Source: a virus (lineage: Duplodnaviria > Caudoviricetes). Taken from it: a DNA stretch of 64,000 nucleotides. Within the stretch, counting starts at the first letter, position 1, and each line of letters opens with the position of its first letter. Of the stretch, positions 26,901 to 35,151 are shown piece by piece. The stretch is from IMG/VR virus record IMGVR_UViG_3300027276_000193, positions 3,323-67,322 of that record; one strand, given 5' to 3'. The notes under the pieces were generated by a model. It had not been told where the DNA came from. It saw nothing but the letters and a program-made list of their open reading frames with translations, and made no database searches. Both the position numbers and the translations under genes were made by a program.

Positions 26901-29307
26901 TTTTCAGCAGCCGGGCGATCTCCTTATCCATGGAGTCAAGGGTGTCGATGTCGGCCTGCAGCTGTGCGGAAACGGAAGAATAGCCCGCCTGATCGGCGGT
27001 TTCCTTCAGGCTGGTGAGCTCCTCACGGGTGCTGGCGGTCAGGCTCTTGAAGGAATCCGTCCATTCCGAAACGATCTCGTTGGTTTCCTTCTTGCCGTCC
27101 GACCAGACGTCCAGCAGGCCGTTCAGCCATTCGCGGCTGTTCCCGGTGGCCCGCTTGAAGTCATCCTTGCTCATGCCGAAGAAGGACAAGCCCTGGCTGC
27201 TGCCGTAGAAGGTTTCGGCAGCGGTTTCCTTCCAGGACTTGGCGGTCTTTGCCATGCCTTCCAGCGCTTCTCGGGCGGCTTTCGCGCCGGACGCGACATC
27301 TACCAGCTTTACCGCGCCGTACACCAGCGCAGCGGCAAGAGCAACCATAGCTACCTTGGAGGAAGCCAGTACCTTCACCAGCCCGCCGATCCCGCCGCCC
27401 GCCATGGAGACGGAAGCGGAGAACTTGCCGATGGCTGTGAAGGCCTTTCCCAGAGCTCCGGTGACGGTACCGACCGCGCCCACGACCTTGCCCAAAACCA
27501 GCACGACGGGGCCGACAGCGGCGGCAAACGCGGCCCATTTCACGATGGACTCCCGCTGGGTCTTGTCCAGTGAAAGGAACTTCTGCAGCAGGGCATTGGC
27601 CTTGTCGATGATCTGCTGGATTGTCGGATTCAGGTCATCGCCGATCTGCCGGGCGAACATAAGCGCCGTGTTCTTCAGGTTTGTCAGCCGGGATTTCGTG
27701 GTAGCATACCGCTTGTTGGCTTCATTGGTCAGGGCGGCATTCTCTCTCCATGCCCTGTTGGCGGTCTCCTGTGCTCGGGAGAAAAGCTCCGTCGCATTGG
27801 TGGAGCGCAGCAGGGTATCACGCAGGCGGACTTCCTTGATGCCGATTTCTTCCAAAGTGGCGATTGCGCTTTCGCCTTCCTCATCCATTTTGGAAAGACC
27901 GACGATGAAGGACTGGAAGGCCGCTGCGGGATCGCTGTCCCACAAAGCCTTGAACTGCTTGGCTGTCATGCCGGAGACCTTCGCAAAGTCCTCCAGGGCA
28001 TCGCCTCCAGTCGCAGACGCAACTTCCATTTTCACCAGCGCTTTGGAGAAAGCGGAACCGCCCATCTGGGCTTCAATGCCGACAGAGGAAAGCGCCGTAG
28101 CAAAGCCCAGAATCTGCGCTTCCGACAAACCGACCTGCTTGCCCGCGCCAGCAAGACGCATGGACATGGCCAGGATTTCGGATTCTGTGGTAGCGTAATT
28201 ATTGCCCAGATCCACCAGCGCGGAGCCGAGATTCTGGAACTGCCCTTGGCTCATGCCCATGATGTTGGCAAACCGGGCCGCTTCACTGGCGGCATCCGCT
28301 GCAACCATGTTCGTGCTGTTGCCCAGGTCGATCATGGTGCGGGTGAACTCGGCCAGGTGCTCGTTCTCAATACCCAGCTGTCCAGCAATGGACATGACTT
28401 CCGCGATATCCTCAGCGGAGGCGGCGACCTCTGTGCTCATCTGCTTCACGGAATCGGACAGGCGGTCATATTCCTCTTCGGTGGCATCCACAGTCTTACG
28501 GACGTTGGCGAAGGCATATTCATAATCAACAGACGCCTTGATGGCGGCGGTGCCCAGCGCCGTGATGGGAGCCGTGACGTGGGTCGTGAGGGATTTCCCG
28601 GCCTTGGTCATGGCCTTGGAGATCGTCTCACATTTCTTGGAGATAGCAGTCAGGGATTCTCCGGCCTGCGTCCATGCGGACTGCATCCGGTACAGCTGTT
28701 CCGTCAGCCTGCGGATCTCCGCTTCCGTGTCCTTCACAGCAGCCTTGGCGTTGTTCAGGTCAGTGGTGGCCTTGCTGACAGCATCCGCGCTGTTCTGCAT
28801 GGTCTTCTGCAGAGCCTTGACCTGACCCTCCAGCTTGGTGACCTCGGCGGTGGCATCTGCGTATTCTTCCTGGTACCGCTCCAGATTCTGCTTGGCGGCG
28901 ATGGTGGCGGAGTCTGTTTCGCCCAGGGAATCACGGTAATTCTCATAGGCATAGGTGGCCGCTTCCACCTCGAAGCGCAGGTCTTCCTGACGGGCCTTTG
29001 CCTGCTCCAGCCGCTGGGTGTAATCCTGATGGCGGTCGTAGTTTTCCTTCAGCTTATCGTTCGCCGCCACCAGCGCCCGGCTGTACTGCTCCACAGCCCG
29101 CTGCTGCTGGGTGAGCTTCTGTCCCAACATGGACAGCTTGGCTTCCGTGCCCGCGATGGTCTTTTCATAGTTCTGTACGCCAGCCCCGGCCAGTCGGAAG
29201 GTGGACTCTGCTTCCTTGATCTGCTGGTTGATGGTGCGCATATTGCGCGAGAAATTGCTGGAGTCCAGCGACAGCGCGACCACCAGTTCGCGCAGGGTTT
29301 CAGCCAT
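23944..29307 (-). CDS. Tail tape measure protein (TP901 family)
   Basis: 1787 aa, Ala-rich coiled coil, AFANVRKTVD...MSTEVAASAEDIAEV...LGNNYATTESEI core. Confidence 0.95.
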   Translation of the reverse strand: MAETLRELVVALSLDSSNFSRNMRTINQQIKEAESTFRLAGAGVQNYEKTIAGTEAKLSMLGQKLTQQQRAVEQYSRALVAANDKLKENYDRHQDYTQRLEQAKARQEDLRFEVEAATYAYENYRDSLGETDSATIAAKQNLERYQEEYADATAEVTKLEGQVKALQKTMQNSADAVSKATTDLNNAKAAVKDTEAEIRRLTEQLYRMQSAWTQAGESLTAISKKCETISKAMTKAGKSLTTHVTAPITALGTAAIKASVDYEYAFANVRKTVDATEEEYDRLSDSVKQMSTEVAASAEDIAEVMSIAGQLGIENEHLAEFTRTMIDLGNSTNMVAADAASEAARFANIMGMSQGQFQNLGSALVDLGNNYATTESEILAMSMRLAGAGKQVGLSEAQILGFATALSSVGIEAQMGGSAFSKALVKMEVASATGGDALEDFAKVSGMTAKQFKALWDSDPAAAFQSFIVGLSKMDEEGESAIATLEEIGIKEVRLRDTLLRSTNATELFSRAQETANRAWRENAALTNEANKRYATTKSRLTNLKNTALMFARQIGDDLNPTIQQIIDKANALLQKFLSLDKTQRESIVKWAAFAAAVGPVVLVLGKVVGAVGTVTGALGKAFTAIGKFSASVSMAGGGIGGLVKVLASSKVAMVALAAALVYGAVKLVDVASGAKAAREALEGMAKTAKSWKETAAETFYGSSQGLSFFGMSKDDFKRATGNSREWLNGLLDVWSDGKKETNEIVSEWTDSFKSLTASTREELTSLKETADQAGYSSVSAQLQADIDTLDSMDKEIARLLKKKQNRKLSERDKVRLQELIDTREAIEVKYHLSAADTDGFDTIRNKVEAEVARAEARGQEVSATVYENAMVAAAEGMSAVNSSLDEQYDKEYALIQLIENSTERQQALDALNAKYNSDRRAAAMEYAQLMADVVMPVWQQSDIQTAKTQVGDLMQLLRQYSAASTDAEKKSFLPQLNQLTSSMDEGALTEYVALLTQIQSLLDSGMSETEVQAMFPDIDFSSALEQLAAIQTYLNQNKWDTNLTSLNEMFGEAVGEEVLKITTDLDMTGAQARWNEWASNPGAITTDAVIQGYTEAENATKQQPLVDAFVAKYTEQPEGADKSSLTPAGLVAYVQTYAEATTGTDVSGLNPTNVTAMVSAYKELASGTDVTQLKPSEITAYVFKYLEDNKVDTTGLTPEAVTAFVMAYEEVTGGASTAALKPSDVVGLITKYAEAENVDVSALTSAQVEGIVTKFAEATGCDKSELLREFTAYITEYKEAAGVKKPTLNMQVGLSGYDLLAYRRWLRNNKVEVEGVVRLSEVYEDPSGVLGESGVKYWKDGEEIPVTAVTSDMLRPEDVAILDKDGTMHILLTTEITGAPEAIAEMREQVAEVDQLGMTAIGTALTGIMPKSLMDYIDAAEQRIKNAKGDLDQWYNFIYGGNEGIMRTLNQSMISDFDPENVAQLATYVSEVVTAIQSGQEVGQEDIDNLKKILQFVQDLDSVGVGQNVTEGIAEGMTAAGWDTSAETLATNLETAINSALIINSPSERMKPAGEYVAAGVGAGMGGYDFSTDAATLATNLETAITAALTAESLTPSGTGAMAGLAGALTAYDMSGAGTTVSANVKNAVSRSLTATSLKSIGTNAMAGLKAGITAGRSGVVSAMQSAARAAVNAAKKELKIASPSRVFRDEIGSMTMKGFGEGVLQESRVQARTIRNAARFLTGEANEGAIAFGNNDNRKTYNQTSSVNLSGNNFYVRDEQDIRSLAIEIATLTKRQQRGKGLRMA

Positions 29308-29398
29308 AATTGTTCACCTTCTTTTCCATTGTGGTTTTGGGGTTGCAGGCATATAATGAAAGTGCCCAGAGGGGCAAGTCGCATTTACGGAGGCAAGT

Positions 29399-30013
29399 AT
29401 GCTGAATAACAAAGGTTTCGATTTGTGGGCTGATGGATATGACAAAACTGTCGGAGTATCAGATGAAGAGAACAGCTATCCTTTCGCGGGCTACAAGGAA
29501 GTATTGGGCCGCATTTTCAAGACCATCATGGAAAAGCCTAAAGCTGTTGTCCTTGATATTGGGTTTGGAACCGGAACATTAACAACTAAGCTCTATGAAA
29601 ACGGATGTACTGTGTACGGCCAGGATTTCTCTGCCAGAATGATTGAATTAGCTTCTGTAAAAATGCCTGATGCACATCTTTATCAAGCAGACTTTTCCGA
29701 AGGTTTAGCAGAACCATTGCAACAACAAAACTATGATTTCATCGTTGCAACGTACTCTTTGCATCATCTGACAGATGATCAGAAAGTAGCCTTCCTGAAG
29801 TCTTTGCGTAAGCGCTTGAATCCAAGTGGAATGATTCTGATTGGTGATGTGGCCTTTGAAACCCGTGCTCAGTTGGAAAAGTGTCAGCAAGAAGTCGGTA
29901 ATGAATGGGATGATGAGGAAATCTATTTTGTCGCAGAAGAACTGCGTAATGCATTTCCCGATCTGCTGTTTACTCCTGTTTCTTACTGTGCGGGAATTCT
30001 GACAATTACTTAA
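29399..30013 (+). CDS. Class I SAM-dependent methyltransferase (moron, antisense to tail operon)
   Basis: VLDIGFGTG motif I, DFIVATYSLHHL; AT-richer than flanks. Confidence 0.9.
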   Translation: MLNNKGFDLWADGYDKTVGVSDEENSYPFAGYKEVLGRIFKTIMEKPKAVVLDIGFGTGTLTTKLYENGCTVYGQDFSARMIELASVKMPDAHLYQADFSEGLAEPLQQQNYDFIVATYSLHHLTDDQKVAFLKSLRKRLNPSGMILIGDVAFETRAQLEKCQQEVGNEWDDEEIYFVAEELRNAFPDLLFTPVSYCAGILTIT

Positions 30014-30019
30014 TAACAG

Positions 30020-30298
30020 TTATCCCGGCTTCATCCCCGGCCAGACTTCGTCAATGAAGCGCTGCCGGGGCTTTTTCTTTTCCTGCTCTCTGGTCGCATC
30101 CCATGCCCGCAGGCGCAGGAAGCCCAGCATGTCCATTTCGTCGATTTCCTTCATCCGCCAACCATTCTTCATCAGTTCATTGTAGGTGGCGTAAATGTAT
30201 TCCGGCAGGGTCAGGCTTCCTGCGGGATCGTCACTTCCGGATTCTCCGCCTCCGCCAGAATCTGCTCCGCTTCCTGCACCGCCGGAATCGTAGGGAAA
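30020..30298 (-). CDS. Tail assembly chaperone C-terminal extension reached by -1 frameshift
   Basis: Slippery T-TTC-CCT at 30298-30292; -1 frame stays open (...GSLTLPEYIYATYNELMKNGWRMKEIDEMDMLGFLRLRAW...) to TAA 30022-30020. Confidence 0.7.
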   Translation of the reverse strand, partial: FPYDSGGAGSGADSGGGGESGSDDPAGSLTLPEYIYATYNELMKNGWRMKEIDEMDMLGFLRLRAWDATREQEKKKPRQRFIDEVWPGMKPG

Positions 30299-30627
30299 GT
30301 GTCCAGCACCTCCGTGGTCTGGGTCTGGGTGGCCATCAGCGCCAACGCGATGTCGTGCATCAGGCGGTCGGCGGGATAGTTGTCGTAGACCTCATCCGGG
30401 GTGAACTGGTTGTTGAACAGGATGCAGAACCACTTCACCATCGTGTCCAGGGCATCGGTCACGGTCAGCTGCTCCTGGGAGACATCCTTGCCCTCAGTCG
30501 CGTCCTGGGACAGGCGCACCAGCCTGCCGTACATTTTGGAAGCGGGCTCCATTTCGCGCAGGGCCCTGCCGGAAACGAAGTCCACAGTGTATTTCTTTTC
30601 ACCAAGCGTACAGGTGATCATATTCAT
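30211..30627 (-). CDS. Tail assembly chaperone (G-like)
   Basis: Position between major tail and tape measure genes; ILFNNQFTPDEVYD motif. Confidence 0.8.
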   Translation of the reverse strand: MNMITCTLGEKKYTVDFVSGRALREMEPASKMYGRLVRLSQDATEGKDVSQEQLTVTDALDTMVKWFCILFNNQFTPDEVYDNYPADRLMHDIALALMATQTQTTEVLDTFPTIPAVQEAEQILAEAENPEVTIPQEA

Positions 30628-30690
30628 ACCTCCAAAACTTCAAAAGTAGCTGCCGCACAGCGTCATGGCCATGCGGCAGCGGGGTGATGA

Positions 30691-31305
30691 TTACGGGGTG
30701 GGCGTGATCACAGGCGTGTACACGGACTGCAGGAAGGTTTCACCCTTCTCAGCCGTGAAGCCGTTCTCGCCCTCGTCGGCGACCGCCTGGTAGCGCCCGT
30801 CGTTGGTGCGCTTGATAGCAGTCCATTCCACGTCGCCCGTCTGGCGGGTGATGGTGGTACCTTCCTTGGTGGCGTAGTTCTCAGTCAGGGGCTTGGCCCG
30901 CACCTTGTATAGCCACACATAGCGGAACTTGTGGTTGGACTTCTCGCTCTTGAAGCCCACGGCGAAGTACGGGGGCTTGTCCGTGGAAGAGCGGATCAGG
31001 ACACCGTTGTCGTCGATCTGATTGCCGAAAATCTTCTCCTGGATGGCCAGCGGAATGTCCGCCATCTTCGTGGTGAAGGTGAGCTCAGGATCGGGATACA
31101 GCACATCGAATTCGATATCGTCGGCGTACTGGATGTCCGGATCGGCGTTCTCAGGGGTGATGCTGGCTTCAATCGCGCCAGCAACCAGCTGCAGATCGCC
31201 ATAGGTCAGGGTTTCCTCGGTGTCGACCTCCAGAGGGGCGATCACCATGTTCTTCAGACCAACCGTGGAAGATACGGTCGGAGAAGCGGCAGGAGTATTA
31301 GCCAT
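30691..31305 (-). CDS. Major tail protein (phi13 family)
   Basis: VGLKNMVIAPL...YADD...PPYFAVGFKSEKSNHKFRYVWLYK. Confidence 0.9.
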   Translation of the reverse strand: MANTPAASPTVSSTVGLKNMVIAPLEVDTEETLTYGDLQLVAGAIEASITPENADPDIQYADDIEFDVLYPDPELTFTTKMADIPLAIQEKIFGNQIDDNGVLIRSSTDKPPYFAVGFKSEKSNHKFRYVWLYKVRAKPLTENYATKEGTTITRQTGDVEWTAIKRTNDGRYQAVADEGENGFTAEKGETFLQSVYTPVITPTP

Positions 31306-31322
31306 AATGTTTTACCTCCAAT

Positions 31323-31733
31323 TCATCGGTTCTTGAGCTCGTCCCGCAGGACGCGCTTGATTTCGGAAAAGGCCTCATCGGCCCGGGTGTCGAAGGCAGG
31401 CCGCACAAAAGGATGCGCGGGGGCCGGAGCAGGCCCGCCGTGTCCAAACTCCACAGGGTTGGCGTAGTACGCGCCGTTCTCTGAGTGGTGGACACCGATG
31501 GTGATCTGCTTGCCGCCTCCGCGCTTTTGCTTGACCTTGCCCGTATGGATGGATGAGTGCAGGGCATCCGTGATGATCTTCGGGTCGGTGCTGGCATTGT
31601 GGAGCATTTGTTCCTCAATGGGCACAGCGCCCGCCTTCAGGGCACGGTTCACGCCCGGCCCCTGATCCAGCGCATAGGCCATGTTGACCATGTCGTTCTG
31701 GAGATCATCAAAGCCCCTCAGTTCAATTGCCAT
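31323..31733 (-). CDS. HK97 gp10-like tail component
   Basis: ALKAGAVPI...YYANPVEFGH...AHPFVRPAFD. Confidence 0.88.
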   Translation of the reverse strand: MAIELRGFDDLQNDMVNMAYALDQGPGVNRALKAGAVPIEEQMLHNASTDPKIITDALHSSIHTGKVKQKRGGGKQITIGVHHSENGAYYANPVEFGHGGPAPAPAHPFVRPAFDTRADEAFSEIKRVLRDELKNR

Positions 31734-32088
31734 AGTCCACATCCTCCCTCCAGCACCATGTCCACTGCACCGTGTACTGCCGGGTGGCCGTGTCGTAGGC
31801 GGGTTGGTTATAGCCCTTGTCGGATTCCTCCACCATGGTGAAGCCATAGGCGTACATGGCCTGCCGGATCGTATCCGCCATGTCGGTCGGATCGATGTCG
31901 CTCCACAGGTTCAGGTACACATAGGTGCGCAGGCTGGTCACATGATCGTCATGATGGCTGGCTTCCGTGGTGGTCGTGGAATAGACGCAATACTGCACAG
32001 GCGGATTCTGGTTGGGCGAAGTGGCCCGCCAGACACCTGCATAAACCGGAATGCCGATATCCTTGAGTGCCGCGTTGACCTGCTTCAT
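31723..32088 (-). CDS. Putative tail terminator/completion protein
   Basis: Position in head-tail block; YVYLNLWSD...MYAYGF. Confidence 0.6.
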   Translation of the reverse strand: MKQVNAALKDIGIPVYAGVWRATSPNQNPPVQYCVYSTTTTEASHHDDHVTSLRTYVYLNLWSDIDPTDMADTIRQAMYAYGFTMVEESDKGYNQPAYDTATRQYTVQWTWCWREDVDYGN

Positions 32089-32444
32089 CCACTCACCCCC
32101 TTGGCAATGGAAGCCTTCAGGCCAAGATAGGTGCGTTTGAAGCTGTACTCGCCCAGAGTGGAGATGTTCCATTTATCTCCCTGAAAGCGCACCCACATGC
32201 CAGGCTTGATGTCCTCCCGATACCGGATGGTGAAGTTGATGACGGCCTCGGTGTTCATGACGTCGGCGCTGCGGTAGTGCTGGTTTCCGGCGTCCGTCAC
32301 AGCGGCCCATACGCGGCATACCACCACATCCGTAGGTTCCGGATAGCCATTTTCATTGATCTGGTTCTCGGTGTATCCGATCTCGATCATGTGACGCAGG
32401 TCTCCGGGATGCGGATCGCTGTCGAAGTTTTTGTATCCGCGCAC
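32085..32444 (-). CDS. Head closure / head-tail adaptor (SPP1 gp16-like)
   Basis: PGDLRHMIEI...VWAAV...INFTIRYREDIKPGMWVRFQG. Confidence 0.85.
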   Translation of the reverse strand: MRGYKNFDSDPHPGDLRHMIEIGYTENQINENGYPEPTDVVVCRVWAAVTDAGNQHYRSADVMNTEAVINFTIRYREDIKPGMWVRFQGDKWNISTLGEYSFKRTYLGLKASIAKGVSG

Positions 32445-32458
32445 AGGTCATCGCCTCC

Positions 32459-32767
32459 TCAGAACATCTTCTCCGGATCGCGGTACGGATACAGCAGACT
32501 GTCGAAGGCCATCCGGGTAGCCTTGTAGGTGGTCATGTCCGGGATGTCCCGGTTTTCATAGTAGAAGCTGGTCATGAGGATGACCGCCAGACGGACGGGT
32601 TCCGGTGCTTCCGGCACATTTCCATCCTCGTCAGGTTCCTCAAAGGAAACCCGGCAGTAATCCTCGGCGGCGGTCTGCGCCTGTTTGATCAGGCTTTCGA
32701 TGTAGTCGTTCTCCTCATCGTGCTGGATGCGCAGATGGGTTTTGACCTCATCGACGGTGACGATCAT
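32459..32767 (-). CDS. Head-tail connector (gp6-like)
   Basis: VTVDEVKTHLRIQHDEENDYIESLI...VRLAVILMTSFYYENR. Confidence 0.9.
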   Translation of the reverse strand: MIVTVDEVKTHLRIQHDEENDYIESLIKQAQTAAEDYCRVSFEEPDEDGNVPEAPEPVRLAVILMTSFYYENRDIPDMTTYKATRMAFDSLLYPYRDPEKMF

Positions 32768-33024
32768 CAGGGATCACCTGCCTCCTGGGCCATCAGTCCG
32801 GCGGTGCGCAGCGCGGCAAGCAGACGGTTGTAGTCCTCCCGCAGGCCAGCTACGGTGGTCGCCTCGCTGTCAGCCAGAAAAGGCAGAGCCGTGACCGGGC
32901 TTCCGGCAGGCAGATCGAACAGCCCTTCACCGCCTTCCACGGTCGCGCCGGGCAGAAAGGTCAGCTTCCCGCCGATCACCAGTTCATTGCCGCCGTGGGC
33001 AAAGTAGTTTTTGGTATTGCTCAT
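32767..33024 (-). CDS. Head fibre/decoration protein
   Basis: NTKNYFAHGGNELVIGGKL...SEATTVAGLREDYNRLLAALRTAGLM. Confidence 0.7.
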   Translation of the reverse strand: MSNTKNYFAHGGNELVIGGKLTFLPGATVEGGEGLFDLPAGSPVTALPFLADSEATTVAGLREDYNRLLAALRTAGLMAQEAGDP

Positions 33025-33088
33025 CTGTTTTCACTTCCTTCTGGAAAGGGAGCCACCCGCGAAGGATGGCTCCCATAGTCGGTTAGGA

Positions 33089-34285
33089 TCAGGCACCCTT
33101 CACAGCCAGGCACTTCATGGCTTCGGGCAGCACCAGGCGACCGTCAACACGCTGGGTGGCGCGGAAACCGACCTGTCCGGTGACGGCGAAGAGCTCATTC
33201 AGGCGCTGGAAGGAACGACCCTGGCGATCAGCGATCCAGTAGGACTTGAAGTCTCCGAACAGGATCACTTTGTTGCCCGCAGCCACTTCAGGCATATAGG
33301 GAGAGGTCACGATCCTGTAGTTCAGGAGCGTATCAGGCTGGCCTTCCTTGAGGCCGGGCTGCCAGAGATACTGGCCCTCGATGCTCTTGAGCTTGCGGAT
33401 CGCCTTGATGGTGCTGTCGTTCATCAGGAAGACCGCCTTCTTGCGGTAAACGCTCTTGATGGAATGCACCAGGTCGATGACCTCATCAGCAGTGACCGCG
33501 TTACCGGCGGTAGTCACGCCAGTGCCAGCGCCAAGGGTGGCATGAAGCAGGCCAGTGGGCTTGCCGGAGCCATCACCGGTGATGAAGGCTTCCTCCTCAG
33601 CAGCGCCAATGCGACGGGCGAACTCAGCGGAGATATAGTTTTCGATGTCAAAAACGCTGTCCTGCAGGAGCTCATCGGACACCTTGATCATGGTGGCCAC
33701 CTTGTGAGCACCGATGGAAATCTGACCGAAGACATCGTCGCTCTCAGGGATAGCGCCTTCCTCATCCACCCAGGAAGCGGTACCATGGGAAGCCACAATC
33801 GGGATCTTCCGGTCACCGGAACTGGTCTGGATGACAGTGCACAGGGAGCGCAGGACGTTTTCCTCCTCAAGGCCTTGCACCAGGGTGCGCTCGTACTCAT
33901 CCGGCACGAGGTAGCCACCCTCGGAATCGGTGCCGATCTGCAGGGCGTTCATGACGGCAGGGCTGGCAGAGCGGTTCCGGATCATGCCCCAGAAGGCATT
34001 CCGGTATTCATCGGAGGCGCGGCCCTGCTTCTGAGCAGTGGCAGTGGTGGGACGGGAAACCAGAGGCGCGGCGGTGGGCTGATCCATCTCACGGTCGATC
34101 GCGGCCTGACGCTCCAGACGCTCGATTTCTTTGCCGAGGGCAACCACATCGGCCTCCATCTTTTCATAGGTGGCGTTGTCTTCAGCGGAGACCATGCCGT
34201 CTTCACCGCGATGGCTGTCCAGGAAGGCCTTGGTCTGGTTCCACAGGTTAGCGCGCTTTTCACGCAGAGCAAGAATCTGATTCAT
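33089..34285 (-). CDS. Major capsid protein (HK97 family)
   Basis: EGGYLVPDEYE...EEEAFITGDGSGKPTGL...GQVGFRATQRVDG. Confidence 0.95.
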   Translation of the reverse strand: MNQILALREKRANLWNQTKAFLDSHRGEDGMVSAEDNATYEKMEADVVALGKEIERLERQAAIDREMDQPTAAPLVSRPTTATAQKQGRASDEYRNAFWGMIRNRSASPAVMNALQIGTDSEGGYLVPDEYERTLVQGLEEENVLRSLCTVIQTSSGDRKIPIVASHGTASWVDEEGAIPESDDVFGQISIGAHKVATMIKVSDELLQDSVFDIENYISAEFARRIGAAEEEAFITGDGSGKPTGLLHATLGAGTGVTTAGNAVTADEVIDLVHSIKSVYRKKAVFLMNDSTIKAIRKLKSIEGQYLWQPGLKEGQPDTLLNYRIVTSPYMPEVAAGNKVILFGDFKSYWIADRQGRSFQRLNELFAVTGQVGFRATQRVDGRLVLPEAMKCLAVKGA

Positions 34286-34304
34286 AGTGTTTTCCTCCAT
34301 TTCT

Positions 34305-35048
34305 TCATTTCAAAAGCGACAGCCGTTTCATCAGGTCTGCCGCTTTCACTCGGTTGTCAGGGGTAACGGGTTCAGGGGTAGGTTCCGGATCAGGCGGGTG
34401 CGCCGGTTCCGGCTTGGGCAGGGTGGCAATCACCCGGTTCATGAGACAGGCGGCTGCAGCCCGGCGACCAAAAGAAAAACCCGACACGTTGTCGGGCAGA
34501 TCCAGGGCTCCGGTATAGAGCACCTCATCACAGAAGCCGAGCTCCTTGGCCTTCAGAGCGTTCATCCAGGTCTCGCCGTCCATGAGCTTTGAGAGCTCAT
34601 CCCGACTGAGGCCCGTCTTGATCTGGTACGCATTGATGATGCTTTCCTTCACCTCGTCCAGCAGCTGGATGGCCTTCCGCATTTCCTCGGTGTCACCCAT
34701 GGCCATGGTGAAGGGATTATGGATCATCATCATACTGGTCGGGCTCATGCACACCCTGGTGCCAGCCATGGCAATGACGCTGGCTGCAGATGCTGCCATA
34801 CCGTCAATCTGCACGGTGACGTCACCGGGATAGTCCATGAGCATGGTATAGATCTGACTGGCCGCGATGCAGTCGCCGCCGGGGCTGTTGATGTGCAGGG
34901 TAATGGGGCCGTTTCCGGAGAAAAGCTCCTCCTTGAACATCGCGGGTGTGATATCATCGGAGAACCAGGATTCCTCAGCAATCACACCTTCCAGATACAG
35001 GGTACGGGTCTCATCGTCGTTTTTGACCCAGTTCCAGAAATGTCGCAT
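34305..35048 (-). CDS. Head maturation protease (ClpP-like)
   Basis: LHINSPGGD...IDGMAASAASVIAMAG...MMIHNP...ETWMNA. Confidence 0.93.
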   Translation of the reverse strand: MRHFWNWVKNDDETRTLYLEGVIAEESWFSDDITPAMFKEELFSGNGPITLHINSPGGDCIAASQIYTMLMDYPGDVTVQIDGMAASAASVIAMAGTRVCMSPTSMMMIHNPFTMAMGDTEEMRKAIQLLDEVKESIINAYQIKTGLSRDELSKLMDGETWMNALKAKELGFCDEVLYTGALDLPDNVSGFSFGRRAAAACLMNRVIATLPKPEPAHPPDPEPTPEPVTPDNRVKAADLMKRLSLLK

Positions 35049-35061
35049 AGCGAATTCCTCC

Positions 35062-35151
35062 TTAATGTCGATGCGTCCAGCCGATGGCAATCATCAGTAG
35101 GATGCTGAGTAAAATGAGCGCGGCAATGACGATCAGGCTGGGAACAATCAA
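35062..35151 (-). CDS. Putative 29-aa single-TM peptide between portal and protease
   Basis: TTG start overlapping portal stop; LIVPSLIVIAALILLSILLMIAIGWTHRH; below ORF-track cutoff. Confidence 0.35.
   Translation of the reverse strand: MIVPSLIVIAALILLSILLMIAIGWTHRH

Noticed and set aside
23710-27573. 1287-aa plus-strand ORF
   Set aside because: Antisense shadow of the tape measure gene caused by GC-rich codon bias; no recognisable motifs. The same applies to 13174-14478, 16755-18650, 33011-34366, 38547-40082 and 40734-42239
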